Shown here: positions 1 through 9,046 of the stretch, in pieces | Layout: every line of letters begins with the position of its first letter | Numbering within the stretch: the stretch's first letter is position 1 | IMG/VR virus record: IMGVR_UViG_3300037247_000961 | Coordinates: 30,431 to 94,430 of that record | Length of the DNA: 64,000 bases | Strand: one strand, 5' to 3' | Origin: a virus | Program-made: the position numbers and the translations under genes | The notes under the pieces: model-generated | The model's input: only the letters and a program-made list of their open reading frames with translations | Told to the model about the DNA's origin: nothing | The model's database searches: none

Positions 1-435
1 ATCAGCAATTTGAATATCCCTAAAGAATCGTATGGCAGGGAAATTGATTCCAGCTTCCCAAAAATAGTCCAGGTCATAGCTCAAATTCATTCCTACAATG
101 TCACCGTCGAACGTGGCTCCTTGTTCCCGCATGTACCCGAGCACTTGCTCCTTGTCCAAGTTGTCGCCGCCTTCGTGAGCGAAGGGGAGATAGTAGGAAG
201 GCCCATCCTCAATGGCGAAGCTAATGCCCACCATGTAGGCGCCGCGGCGTACCCCAACCCCCAATTCCTTGAGATGGCGGTCGTTGGTTTCACTATCAAT
301 GCCAACGCGCTTTGCGCCCTTCCACGATGGCAAATCGCTCATGGACGGAAGCTTCCAATTGCACTCTGGCTCAATCAAAGGCAACTGCAGAGGCTTAAGC
401 TGCATCCCAATGCGGCCATCGAGGACGTCAGGCAT
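1..435 (-). CDS. polA: Family A DNA polymerase, N-terminal 3'-5' exonuclease part (runs off the window edge; absent from the ORF track)
   Basis: Manual translation from ATG at 435: MPDVLDGRIGMQLKPLQLPL...KRVGIDSETND (ExoI DxE)...YYLPFAHEGGDNLD...VGMNLSYDLDY (ExoII NxxYD)...RDIQIAD; open to base 1. Confidence 0.85.
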   Translation of the reverse strand, partial: MPDVLDGRIGMQLKPLQLPLIEPECNWKLPSMSDLPSWKGAKRVGIDSETNDRHLKELGVGVRRGAYMVGISFAIEDGPSYYLPFAHEGGDNLDKEQVLGYMREQGATFDGDIVGMNLSYDLDYFWEAGINFPAIRFFRDIQIAD

Positions 436-451
436 AATGGTTCCTCTCGGG

Positions 452-940
452 TTATGCGTCCACAATGCGAATAGATCGAGGTTGATCCGGCGTGTAAGTG
501 ATAAAACCACGCTCAGTCAGACGTCTGACGAAATTAGTGACGCATCCCACGTATTTTAATCCAAGACCCTTGGCAATCTCAGCGTAACTTGGCGAATAGC
601 CATTGATATTCCGGTAATTGATAATGAATGCTAGGGCCTTCTTTTGTCGTTTCGTAATTCCACCGTTCCGTCGCGAATCAGGATGGCGCATATCATAGGC
701 CATCCTGGAGCACTCAATGCAGTAGTTAGTTGAAACCGTCCGCTTCGCCATATGACCATACAAGCAAGGATCACCGGTAGAATACTGCTTCAATCCACGG
801 TCGCGGGCCTCTTTCCGGCAAGTTGCCGCACGCTTCCGATGGTCACGGGCTTCCTTCCAACGATTTAACTCATGTTTTTGATGCACTTTCTTTATGTTGG
901 TTAGCCCTTGGGCGTATTCGACGGAAGTGTTTTTGCTCAT
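452..940 (-). CDS. Zn-ribbon plus LexA-type winged-helix DNA-binding protein, no peptidase domain
   Basis: YSTGDPCLYGH..R....YCIEC motif, then TKRQKKALAFIINY...GYSPSYAEIAKGLG...LTERGFI....PRSIRI, the LexA N-terminal domain pattern. Confidence 0.75.
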   Translation of the reverse strand: MSKNTSVEYAQGLTNIKKVHQKHELNRWKEARDHRKRAATCRKEARDRGLKQYSTGDPCLYGHMAKRTVSTNYCIECSRMAYDMRHPDSRRNGGITKRQKKALAFIINYRNINGYSPSYAEIAKGLGLKYVGCVTNFVRRLTERGFITYTPDQPRSIRIVDA

Positions 941-1185
941 TGCTGTCCCTTTTCATACTTGACAAGGACGTCCTCGATCTGGGCAGCAAACTTCGTAGCC
1001 ACATTACGCCGATCTGCCGGCGTCGGACAGGTATTGAAAATCACCATACCGAACCAACGCGCAATGGCCAAGAACATCACCTCGATTGAGACGGGTCCGA
1101 AGATTTCGTGGAACGTTTCAATGACTTGTGTGGTGCGCGCCTCAAGAATTTTCTCGGCTCGCGCAGCTTCGGGAGTTAGTGCCAC
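937..1185 (-). CDS. hypothetical protein
   Basis: Tightly packed minus-strand ORF overlapping both neighbours. Confidence 0.6.
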   Translation of the reverse strand: MALTPEAARAEKILEARTTQVIETFHEIFGPVSIEVMFLAIARWFGMVIFNTCPTPADRRNVATKFAAQIEDVLVKYEKGQQ

Positions 1186-1454
1186 GCTTTTTCTTTCCTT
1201 GCTATTGCATCGTCGTGAAGAATTTTGGTGATTGCCGCTCGACGAATGTTTTCGGCCAAGGACTCCGTATGCTTCTGGATATTGCTCGGTTTACCATCAG
1301 CGATAGATGCCACAAGCTGACCCGCCAAGTTACACACCACAGTTAATGCCGACTCAACATCGGACTCGCCGATTTGCTCCATAATTATGTTGGTCAGCCG
1401 CGTCACCTCATCTTGTAGGGGCGCGGCAATTGGTGGAATGGGAGGTTTAGCCAC
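1176..1454 (-). CDS. hypothetical protein
   Basis: Operon-like packing. Confidence 0.6.
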   Translation of the reverse strand: MAKPPIPPIAAPLQDEVTRLTNIIMEQIGESDVESALTVVCNLAGQLVASIADGKPSNIQKHTESLAENIRRAAITKILHDDAIARKEKAWH

Positions 1455-1635
1455 GAGATTCCATCTCCTTGATAATACTCAATTCGGCCTCTCTAATTGC
1501 CTTAGCAACACGGCGCTCAACTTCACCATAGATCGGAGGCATTAGTTGATGCAACGCCGCTCGGGCACGGTCAATCGGGTCCATACGCTTGTCGCTTAGT
1601 GGACTCTCCCACCAGCGTTCGGCCCCTTCTGTCAT
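1447..1635 (-). CDS. hypothetical protein
   Basis: Operon-like packing. Confidence 0.55.
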   Translation of the reverse strand: MTEGAERWWESPLSDKRMDPIDRARAALHQLMPPIYGEVERRVAKAIREAELSIIKEMESRG

Positions 1636-2045
1636 ATGCCGGCGCTATCATCATTGATCAAAGATTGAATCGCCGCGCGGCAACCAAACAAGTCTTCAAC
1701 ACACGACCAACGAGAAATCACGGTTACCGCAAACTCCTCCGTTTTGTCCAAGTCCTGCATGACACTGAAATACTGTATATCGCTAAGCGATGCACATCCC
1801 TTGGGTACGCGGCGATGGTTCTTGTGCAAATCGATCAACTTATCCACAAAATGGATTGCTTTCTCCAAGTCCATCATGCCGTTGCCCTTATCGCGCCATC
1901 GGCACATATACTTGATGATGCACATTTCCAGCCCACCAAGGCCATGCTTTTCCGTAAAATCCCAGACCTGATACCCCGCTAGATAATGATCCCCGCCAAT
2001 TTGCATAGCGTTTGGATTGGCCCCGCGCCCTTCATCCTGGCTCAT
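1632..2045 (-). CDS. DUF3310 family protein
   Basis: QIGGDHY...IKYMCRWRDKGN..DLEKAIHF signature. Confidence 0.8.
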   Translation of the reverse strand: MSQDEGRGANPNAMQIGGDHYLAGYQVWDFTEKHGLGGLEMCIIKYMCRWRDKGNGMMDLEKAIHFVDKLIDLHKNHRRVPKGCASLSDIQYFSVMQDLDKTEEFAVTVISRWSCVEDLFGCRAAIQSLINDDSAGI

Positions 2046-2059
2046 TGATGGACTCCTGG

Positions 2060-2593
2060 TTAGTTCCGGTTTTCAGGCAGCCGCGTCCATTTGTACTTGG
2101 CATAAAACTTGATGCACGGCTCGGGAAAGTTCAAAGCTCGACGCTCAATGGATTGTGTTAAGTATAGCAGACTTTTTTCACAATGTCGATTCCCAAATGC
2201 AATTTGCTCCTGGCACCACACCCAAGACTCCAGAAGATCGATGGCGTTAAGCCAGTGGAAATCTTCATCCGTGAGAGATTCAAATCCTTCATACATCCCC
2301 CACGTTTGAAGCGCAGCCATGTTGGCTTGATCGTAGGCTTCAAAAAGAGATTCATGGTACTGAGGCGCAGGCCGCGGCATATCGCCAACCCATCGCTCAG
2401 CTCCATCGTGCCAAAGCAAAGCCTTGATCAAAGGGACTGAGGGACTTGGGTGCAAGACGAGCAACATGCTCACTGCGTCATAGCTATGCTTGCCCACGGT
2501 GTATTCGCCCATGTGGGGCACGACATGGAACCGCCGAACGTTGCCGGCTTCCCTGGTAGCCTTGACGCGGTCTACCTCGCTAAGTTCGATCAT
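2060..2593 (-). CDS. HD-domain deoxynucleotide phosphohydrolase (YfbR-like)
   Basis: VRRFH...TVGKHS...ALLWHDGAERWVGDMP...AIDLLE; adjacent to the TS homologue. Confidence 0.8.
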   Translation of the reverse strand: MIELSEVDRVKATREAGNVRRFHVVPHMGEYTVGKHSYDAVSMLLVLHPSPSVPLIKALLWHDGAERWVGDMPRPAPQYHESLFEAYDQANMAALQTWGMYEGFESLTDEDFHWLNAIDLLESWVWCQEQIAFGNRHCEKSLLYLTQSIERRALNFPEPCIKFYAKYKWTRLPENRN

Positions 2594-3602
2594 CGATTCT
2601 CCTTAAAAGCCATTCGTTCGCGGCACCTTGCCAATCGGAGGCCCGTACTAGTGATACAGTATCCAGCGCCTTTCGGGCGCCGTCCATATTGAGGCCGGCT
2701 GTCGATTTGTATTGATCCCAAACTTGCCACATGGGCGCCGCCACGTGCCGGAAGAAAGGATCACGCATTCCCATGACCGGCCCTTCATCGAGGAACATGG
2801 ACAACTCTCCAAGCCAGGCATCCGAATCGATGGTCGCAATAGGGACAAGGACCGCTAGAGGAGGATAAGGATTGCTTGGAGGAAGCTTGTGAAATGAGTT
2901 CTTGATTAAATCCAATACCTTGGTTTCCGCCCCAAGGCAATTGGCTACAATTGTCATGCGCCCAATAGGGACACTGATCGCCTTAGCAATGAACTCTTGC
3001 ATCATGGAAAACACGATAGCGTCCAGACGCATGTCGAAGATATCGGCGTCCCTGTATACCACCATCATATCCAACCGTTGAGCGTGGTTGATGCTTAGAT
3101 ATAGATGCGTCGCTGCAGGTAGATTCCGGCTTGTACTGCCGAAGTCCTCCCCAGCATCCCACAACGAGATCACTGCAGCCTTGTGCCCAGGGTTGTTACG
3201 GAGCATATGAACCACGGATTTCAGTTGATCAATAGTGCCAGCCTGGTAATCCATGCCAGGATCGAAGTGCGCCCGCATGCGTTGTCCATATGCCCCATGA
3301 AGTATCTTACCATCATCACTCGTGCCCCCTTGATAGCCATCGAACTTAGCCAGAAACGTAACGTCATTGCGGCCACCGAGCACCCATAGACTTGTGAACA
3401 GTGCGACGAACGGATTCAGGTCATACTCAGTCCCACGTGACAATCGCTCCATGGGCTCCGTCATCATGAGGGCCACGGGACTGGTTATCTCGGTCATGTG
3501 CCTCTTGGGCTGTCCCTCATCGAAAAGCAATTCCAGACCCTGGGGTATGACCTCGTGCATGTTGCGGCCATAGATCATTTGCATTATTGACGCTCCTTCC
3601 AT
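2580..3602 (-). CDS. Thymidylate synthase / dNMP hydroxymethylase family protein with a degenerate active site
   Basis: NPF....W.L.GRND, SDDG....GAYG.R.R, DQL, AVISLWD motifs; PAAT in place of PCxx and RDAD in place of RSxD. Confidence 0.8.
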   Translation of the reverse strand: MEGASIMQMIYGRNMHEVIPQGLELLFDEGQPKRHMTEITSPVALMMTEPMERLSRGTEYDLNPFVALFTSLWVLGGRNDVTFLAKFDGYQGGTSDDGKILHGAYGQRMRAHFDPGMDYQAGTIDQLKSVVHMLRNNPGHKAAVISLWDAGEDFGSTSRNLPAATHLYLSINHAQRLDMMVVYRDADIFDMRLDAIVFSMMQEFIAKAISVPIGRMTIVANCLGAETKVLDLIKNSFHKLPPSNPYPPLAVLVPIATIDSDAWLGELSMFLDEGPVMGMRDPFFRHVAAPMWQVWDQYKSTAGLNMDGARKALDTVSLVRASDWQGAANEWLLRRIDDRT

Positions 3603-3605
3603 TCT

Positions 3606-3893
3606 TCAAACTTCCGTGGATTGCTCAGCGGCTTCCATTTCCACCACCTCAGCGAGCATCGTCTGCAACAGAACCACCTCAGCACGGTCACCGCGGTCCA
3701 AAGGATAGCCGGCCTTTTCCAACAACGACCAGTGATCAAGCTTGGCCACGATCCTTTCGTGCAGGCCCCTGCGTTTGATAGCATCAACACTGGATTGGTG
3801 TTTGGCCCGCGCATCTTCGCGGAGTTCGACTTGCTCGTCGGTCAATTCCGGGAATACCTCGTCCGGGCTAATCGATTCTTTTGGTCTATCCAT
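3606..3893 (-). CDS. hypothetical protein
   Basis: ORF in operon. Confidence 0.6.
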   Translation of the reverse strand: MDRPKESISPDEVFPELTDEQVELREDARAKHQSSVDAIKRRGLHERIVAKLDHWSLLEKAGYPLDRGDRAEVVLLQTMLAEVVEMEAAEQSTEV

Positions 3894-4152
3894 TGGAACT
3901 TCCTACCTCAAGCTGCCCATGCTCGACCAACTCCGCGCGGATGATGTCGCGCAGTTCCAATAGGTGCGCCAGTTGCTCGCGCTCGTTATCGGCAAACTCG
4001 AAGCCATCCTTGCCTGCCCATGCTTTTCGTTCCCAGTCATGCATCGAGGCGATCTTGTTCAACACGCGCTCGTATGCCAAGCGGCGATGGACGGCGCGGA
4101 CGCCGTCCATGTGCTTTTGATGAATCAACATGCGGTCGGATAGCTTTGTCAT
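3886..4152 (-). CDS. hypothetical protein
   Basis: ORF in operon. Confidence 0.6.
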   Translation of the reverse strand: MTKLSDRMLIHQKHMDGVRAVHRRLAYERVLNKIASMHDWERKAWAGKDGFEFADNEREQLAHLLELRDIIRAELVEHGQLEVGSSNG

Positions 4153-4724
4153 GAAGCGATCTGGTACACGTTGCCACGGCCCTCGACCCGGCTCTTGGTC
4201 ACCGGCAAGCCAAGGCGCTTCTTCACATCCCGACTGATGGCCCCGCGTGCCGTGTGATTAAGCCAGTTCAATGCCTCGGCAATCTCCTTGATCGATGCGC
4301 CCTCGGGCCGCTTGAGCAAGGCGATAAGAGCCGCTTGCTTAGAGCCGTCACGCACCTTGCTCTTAGGCTCCTTACCCAAGGGCGCCAAAGGCTCCTTGCC
4401 GGTGGTAGGCACCACCGGCGCTGCCCCCGGTACTGGTTCCGGCATAGGCAGGCCTTTCATCGAGTCCGGCAGATCGTCGTTGAACTCCTCCATATCGTCG
4501 AAGGCGACATCGTACTTGAGCAGCAAGTCGATCACTGCTTTGATGCCCTTGGCCTTGTTCTGGAACATCTTGATGCGACGGCCCAAATCCAAATTGGAAA
4601 CGAGAAGGTTGCGCAACTCGACCAGCTTCTCCGCGGCCAAAGTGTCCAGAAAGATAGCATCTTCTGGGGCACCCACGCTGCCCTCAACGATGTACTTCTT
4701 ACCTAAGAATTCGACGGTTTTCAT
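4149..4724 (-). CDS. DUF3489-domain winged-helix protein
   Basis: C-terminal RDGSKQAALIALLKRPEGASIKEI...W..HT.RGAIS..KKRLGL; SD AAGGAG before ATG 4724. Confidence 0.75.
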   Translation of the reverse strand: MKTVEFLGKKYIVEGSVGAPEDAIFLDTLAAEKLVELRNLLVSNLDLGRRIKMFQNKAKGIKAVIDLLLKYDVAFDDMEEFNDDLPDSMKGLPMPEPVPGAAPVVPTTGKEPLAPLGKEPKSKVRDGSKQAALIALLKRPEGASIKEIAEALNWLNHTARGAISRDVKKRLGLPVTKSRVEGRGNVYQIAS

Positions 4725-4770
4725 GGCTTCTGCTCCTTGACCAGAAAGGGTTGAATCAATGATGTTATCC

Positions 4771-4799
4771 ATTATCCCATCGCCATCAAGAAATGTCAA
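4771..4799 (-). promoter_or_regulatory. sigma70-type promoter TTGACA-N17-GATAAT
   Basis: Near-consensus hexamers with a 17-nt spacer upstream of the DUF3489/TS/HD/polA run. Confidence 0.7.
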
Positions 4800-4822
4800 C
4801 ACCTTATTTTAAGGTGAAATCT

Positions 4823-5053
4823 TCACCTTCCCGGACAAATTTCAAATTCGCCTAATTGCATGCCGGCCTTACACCAACGAGCCCAATCGAGCATGGACTG
4901 GCGTTCGTCATATGCCAACCGTCCCCGCTTCCAACTCAGGTCCGTAAACTGCCTAATGATCTGCGTATCATTTTCCTCGGCAAACAGGATTCCATGATAG
5001 GCCAGCGTAACCCCTATGATGATAACTGACGCAGCTTGACTCATCAATCGCAT
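4823..5053 (-). CDS. hypothetical protein
   Basis: Short ORF with hydrophobic N-terminus following the RNR gene. Confidence 0.45.
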   Translation of the reverse strand: MRLMSQAASVIIIGVTLAYHGILFAEENDTQIIRQFTDLSWKRGRLAYDERQSMLDWARWCKAGMQLGEFEICPGR

Positions 5054-6861
5054 TCTTTGCGCCCCGTAACTTCATCGATGTGGCACATGGTGGTTGCCAC
5101 CAAGTCCGTTGGGCTGGGCAACGAATCATCCCCTTTCACAGTAAAAATGCCAGTGCGCATCCCGTCAATGCGAAATGTGGTCAACCCCTTTGCCCCACGG
5201 CGCCAGGCCTCGGTGTACAGTTCCTTGAACTCATCCCACTTCACAGAGCCAGGTACATTGCAAGTTTTAGATACGGCACTGTCAATGTGGGTTTGCGCCG
5301 TACAAAGGACGTCAAGATGCTCTTGTACCGTAACGAACTCGCTGATCTTGCCGCGAACCCCAAACACGCGAAGGCCATAATCTTCAACGTCCTCGTGAAT
5401 AACTCCCTCCGCCGTATTGATCTCACGATTAAAGGAATAGGCAAAAACTGGCTCCAAGCCACTCGACACGTTGTCAGCACAAAGGCTAATTGTGCCAGTT
5501 GGCGCAATGCTTGTGAGATGGCTATTGCGAATGCCGTAGCGCGCAATCCCTTCCCGGACATCATCGTCGAGCGTAGCTATAAATGCGCCCGACAAATATG
5601 AATCTTTGTCAAATAGCTTAAATGACCCTTTCTCACGGGCTAAATCAATCGATGCCAAATAGCATTCCCGAGTTAGCCGTTGCAGAATCATGTTTTCCAA
5701 TCGAAGGAAATCCGGCGAACCATAGCCACCTGGAATCATGGCCTCGATACAGTTGGCCATTCCAGTTACACCAATCCCCATACGACGCTTCCTCTGGGCT
5801 TCCTTCTTTTGTTCATATGTAGGATATTTGGCCTGGTCAATCACATTATCCATGGCACGGACGACACAGGGAATGTCTTTACCAAAACGATCCCAATCGA
5901 ATATGCGACGCATCCCTTCCGTCTTGACATATTTGACAAGATTCATGCTGCCCAAGAGGCAAGCACCGTGAGGCGGAAGTGGTTGCTCAGCACAGGGATT
6001 CGTCGCCGCGATTTTTTCGCAATACCATAAATTATTCATGCGATTGATCGTATCAATGAACAACACCCCAGGTTCACCCCAATCCCAGGTTGAACGCATG
6101 ACCATTTCCCAAAGCGCACATGGATCGATGTGGCGGTATACCCGACCATCAAACCGCAACGGGAAGGGTTTGCCCTCGGCAAGACACTCCATGAACTCAT
6201 CAGTCACCGCAATGGACATATTGAACGCGGTTAAAGGCAATGTTTTTTGCAGCGCCTTCCATGCCCGCAGGCGGACGTTGGGGTCTTTGATCTGTTCAAC
6301 CAACTCCCAAAGCACGCGCTGCTCTGGCGACGGGTGCTTGGCATTGATAAACATTTCGATGTCCGGGTGATCAATTCTCAGAACTGCCATTTGTGCGCCG
6401 CGTCTATGGCCGGCGGAGGCAATCGTCTTACACAGGCTGTTATGGATCGACATGAATGAGACTGGCCCAGACGCATAAGTATGCTGTGTTCTGATCAAAT
6501 CCTTATAAGGACGCAACGTTGAAAAGTCGTAACCAATACCCCCTCCCATGCGCATCGTCGCCGCAGCCTCGGCCAACCGACCCATGATGGAACCGTTGCC
6601 ATCGACCATGCTGTCCTCGATAATGCCAGACACAAAACAATTGTATGGTGTCACTTCCCAAAGCGCGCCAACTGCGGCCTGTATTCGACCAGCGGGGAGG
6701 AAGAATTGATTGAGAAGGAGTTGGCTAAAATGTTTAAAATGGTCGTCGTCGTCTTTGAGCGCGGCGGCAACTCGGTAGCCATAATCCCGAAACGTCTCTT
6801 GTGGTCCACGGTACTTTTCACCGTGCATAGCATCACTGAATGCGAGTTGTGGGCCTTGCAT
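5044..6861 (-). CDS. nrdJ: Class II (adenosylcobalamin-dependent) ribonucleotide reductase
   Basis: FLPAGRI, NCFV, GGGIGYDFS, RRGAQM, TNPCAEQPL, CLLGS, IAPTGTIS, DSAVSKT; no beta-subunit gene in the window. Confidence 0.9.
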   Translation of the reverse strand: MQGPQLAFSDAMHGEKYRGPQETFRDYGYRVAAALKDDDDHFKHFSQLLLNQFFLPAGRIQAAVGALWEVTPYNCFVSGIIEDSMVDGNGSIMGRLAEAAATMRMGGGIGYDFSTLRPYKDLIRTQHTYASGPVSFMSIHNSLCKTIASAGHRRGAQMAVLRIDHPDIEMFINAKHPSPEQRVLWELVEQIKDPNVRLRAWKALQKTLPLTAFNMSIAVTDEFMECLAEGKPFPLRFDGRVYRHIDPCALWEMVMRSTWDWGEPGVLFIDTINRMNNLWYCEKIAATNPCAEQPLPPHGACLLGSMNLVKYVKTEGMRRIFDWDRFGKDIPCVVRAMDNVIDQAKYPTYEQKKEAQRKRRMGIGVTGMANCIEAMIPGGYGSPDFLRLENMILQRLTRECYLASIDLAREKGSFKLFDKDSYLSGAFIATLDDDVREGIARYGIRNSHLTSIAPTGTISLCADNVSSGLEPVFAYSFNREINTAEGVIHEDVEDYGLRVFGVRGKISEFVTVQEHLDVLCTAQTHIDSAVSKTCNVPGSVKWDEFKELYTEAWRRGAKGLTTFRIDGMRTGIFTVKGDDSLPSPTDLVATTMCHIDEVTGRKECD

Positions 6862-6879
6862 TGAATTCTCCCTCCGGCG

Positions 6880-7140
6880 CTATTTCGTGCTCAACTGTTC
6901 AACAACGCGCTGGACCGTCTCCAGATCTTTGGACCGGCGTTCTTGCATGCGCCAGACTTGACTGGCTTGGAGTGCTCGCAGAAGTCTTTCACAGGGCTCC
7001 ACGAAGGCATCGTCACCTATGCGACTTTCACAGATAGATATCGCATCGATCTTCGCCCACTGCGTCAACGTTTGCTCGTCCGCTTTCGCAATCAGCGGAA
7101 CAGCAACCGCCAAAAAGAAAATTAGGTGTTTCATGTTCAA
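6880..7140 (-). CDS. small exported protein
   Basis: Signal-peptide-like MKHLIFFLAVAVPLIAKA; one Cys pair. Confidence 0.55.
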   Translation of the reverse strand: MNMKHLIFFLAVAVPLIAKADEQTLTQWAKIDAISICESRIGDDAFVEPCERLLRALQASQVWRMQERRSKDLETVQRVVEQLSTK

Positions 7141-7149
7141 GGTTCCTTT

Positions 7150-7225
7150 TGGTAGCGGGGGCCGGATTCGAACCGGCGACCTTCAGAATATGAATCTGAC
7201 GAGCTACCAACTGCTCTACCCCGCA
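7150..7225 (-). tRNA. tRNA-Met(CAT), initiator-like body
   Basis: TGCGGGG TA GAGC AGTTGGTA GCTC G TCAGA TTCATAT TCTGA AGGTC GCCGG TTCGAAT CCGGC CCCCGCT A CCA; full cloverleaf with encoded CCA. Confidence 0.92.
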
Positions 7226-7569
7226 TTAAAATGGTCTTTCCAATGTTCTTTCCGATGGCAATTTGAGCATAACACTTCACATTTTGCAATCTCTTTCAAG
7301 ATTCTAGCCCACGAGATGTCTCGGATCATTTTGCCAGAAATTCCAAATTCCTTCTTGCTTGGGTCTAAATGATGAAAGTCTAAACAAGCGGGATGATCTT
7401 CTGGGCAACGATTGCAAGATAATTGAGCCTTCAATTCTTTAAATCGAATAATCCTCTTTCGTTTATTTTCTGTAGTCCTTGCTCGATGCACCTTCTTATT
7501 TTTTGGATACCAAATCTCCCTCATGTATTTTGCATGGTACTCTTTACGTTTGATAGGGTCTTTAATCAT
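7216..7569 (-). CDS. HNH endonuclease
   Basis: CNRC...CLDFHHLDP..KEF...EIAKCEVLCSNCHRKEH. Confidence 0.85.
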   Translation of the reverse strand: MIKDPIKRKEYHAKYMREIWYPKNKKVHRARTTENKRKRIIRFKELKAQLSCNRCPEDHPACLDFHHLDPSKKEFGISGKMIRDISWARILKEIAKCEVLCSNCHRKEHWKDHFNAG

Positions 7570-7762
7570 AGTGTAGTTTACCCCAACGGCGACGTGCCGT
7601 CAATTAAATTCTGCAACGCCTTCACGGCTTCCGTCGCTTTTTTGTAAGCCTCTCGTGTGTTCACCGGACGATATCGCTTGAGTACGATCTGCACCACTAA
7701 GAAAAAGGATGCTTGGCAAAGCAACTGGTGGGCACGGCCCAATTCAGATTTGATCGGGTAGC

Positions 7763-9046
7763 TCACATCCTCACTACAACAACACGCTCTGCGGCGCGGG
7801 TGATGCCGGTGTAAAGCCATCGCCATTTGTCAGCGCGGAAACAATGGGACTCATCAAACAAAAGCACATCATCCCATTCACTGCCTTGAGCCTTATGAAC
7901 CGTTAAACTATATCCATAATCAAATTCCTCGGCGTTTTTGCGTTCCCACCAAGGCAATGCCTCACCTTGGCCAAGGAAATACTGCGTATGCGCCTCGACC
8001 TCTAGCGGAGGGCCATCATCCTCCGGCCGCAGGATCATGAACACCCGTTCATCCTCGATAAGGCCGACTTCATTCACAAACCAAATGGCCCCATTAAGCA
8101 GGCCGCGGTCATGATTATTGCGAAGACACACCAACTTGTCCCCGGCCACTGGCAATGTGTCCGTGCGGCCATACAGCGCGCGCATACGGCGATTAGATGC
8201 ATGTCGGGTCTTATTTCTGCCTACGAGAATTTGATCTGCCGCTTGAGCATGAGACTCATTTATGTGAACCTTCTCCGCAACTAAGCTGTTCCCATAAGAA
8301 CCAATTGCCAAGTCCTCCTGGTTGCGTACACGAGTCGCCATAGCGATAATAGGGTTGCTTTCGGCTTGGCGATGTATGTCAGTCAGCATGACATCGGGCT
8401 CAATTCCTTCGGTAAAGAATCCTGCACCATAGACCGGCGGCAACTGGGCAGGATCACCCAGAACCAATATCTTGGTCCCAAATGATTCCAAGTCCTCCCC
8501 CATAGGTCCATCCACCATTGACACCTCATCAATGATGACCAGCTTGGCATCCTTAACCACTGATTCTGTGTTCAGTGTGAACATGGGACGGCTTAACGCC
8601 TCTCGCTCGCGCTTGACCTTGGCCACCAAGTCCATCACCCTCGGATGATTCTCTACTTGCTCATCGACTGTAAATTGTGGGGGGCCTCCCTCCAACTCCA
8701 TTTCTGGGGAGGCTCCAATCTCCAACTTCAATTCGGCGCGCAATTCCACTAAGGACCGCTCCAAATCCCGCAATTTTTCTCGGCTCAGTTCCTTGGAATT
8801 GTAGATTATGCTATGGATCGTTGATGCGTCTGGACATCCCTTCTGCCGCAACACATATGCCGCCTTACCTGTATACGCCATGTACAGTACCGTCCCATCG
8901 ATACCTTGGCCGAAATGGCGCGCGAGCGTAGTCTTACCGGTACCGGCGTAACCAAACAGGCGAAAGACTTGCGGCGCCTGAGGATCAGCGAGCCATTGCG
9001 CTACAGCCACAAGGGCAGCGTCTTGTTGGGGACTCCATATAGTCAC
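7763..9046 (-). CDS. RecD/Dda-like SF1B helicase
   Basis: GYAGTGKTT, AYTGKAA, IIDEVSMV, GDPAQLPPV, LTVHKAQGSEW, WLYTGITRA. Confidence 0.9.
   Translation of the reverse strand: MTIWSPQQDAALVAVAQWLADPQAPQVFRLFGYAGTGKTTLARHFGQGIDGTVLYMAYTGKAAYVLRQKGCPDASTIHSIIYNSKELSREKLRDLERSLVELRAELKLEIGASPEMELEGGPPQFTVDEQVENHPRVMDLVAKVKREREALSRPMFTLNTESVVKDAKLVIIDEVSMVDGPMGEDLESFGTKILVLGDPAQLPPVYGAGFFTEGIEPDVMLTDIHRQAESNPIIAMATRVRNQEDLAIGSYGNSLVAEKVHINESHAQAADQILVGRNKTRHASNRRMRALYGRTDTLPVAGDKLVCLRNNHDRGLLNGAIWFVNEVGLIEDERVFMILRPEDDGPPLEVEAHTQYFLGQGEALPWWERKNAEEFDYGYSLTVHKAQGSEWDDVLLFDESHCFRADKWRWLYTGITRAAERVVVVRM

Noticed and set aside
2060-2593. HD protein as DatZ, implying a 2-aminoadenine genome
   Set aside because: No purZ in the window; the context next to a TS homologue fits pyrimidine-pathway HD enzymes. 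The rest of the genome is unseen
5044-9046. Inteins in RNR or the RecD-like helicase
   Set aside because: The insertions are short helical segments lacking intein terminal motifs (C/S start, HN end)
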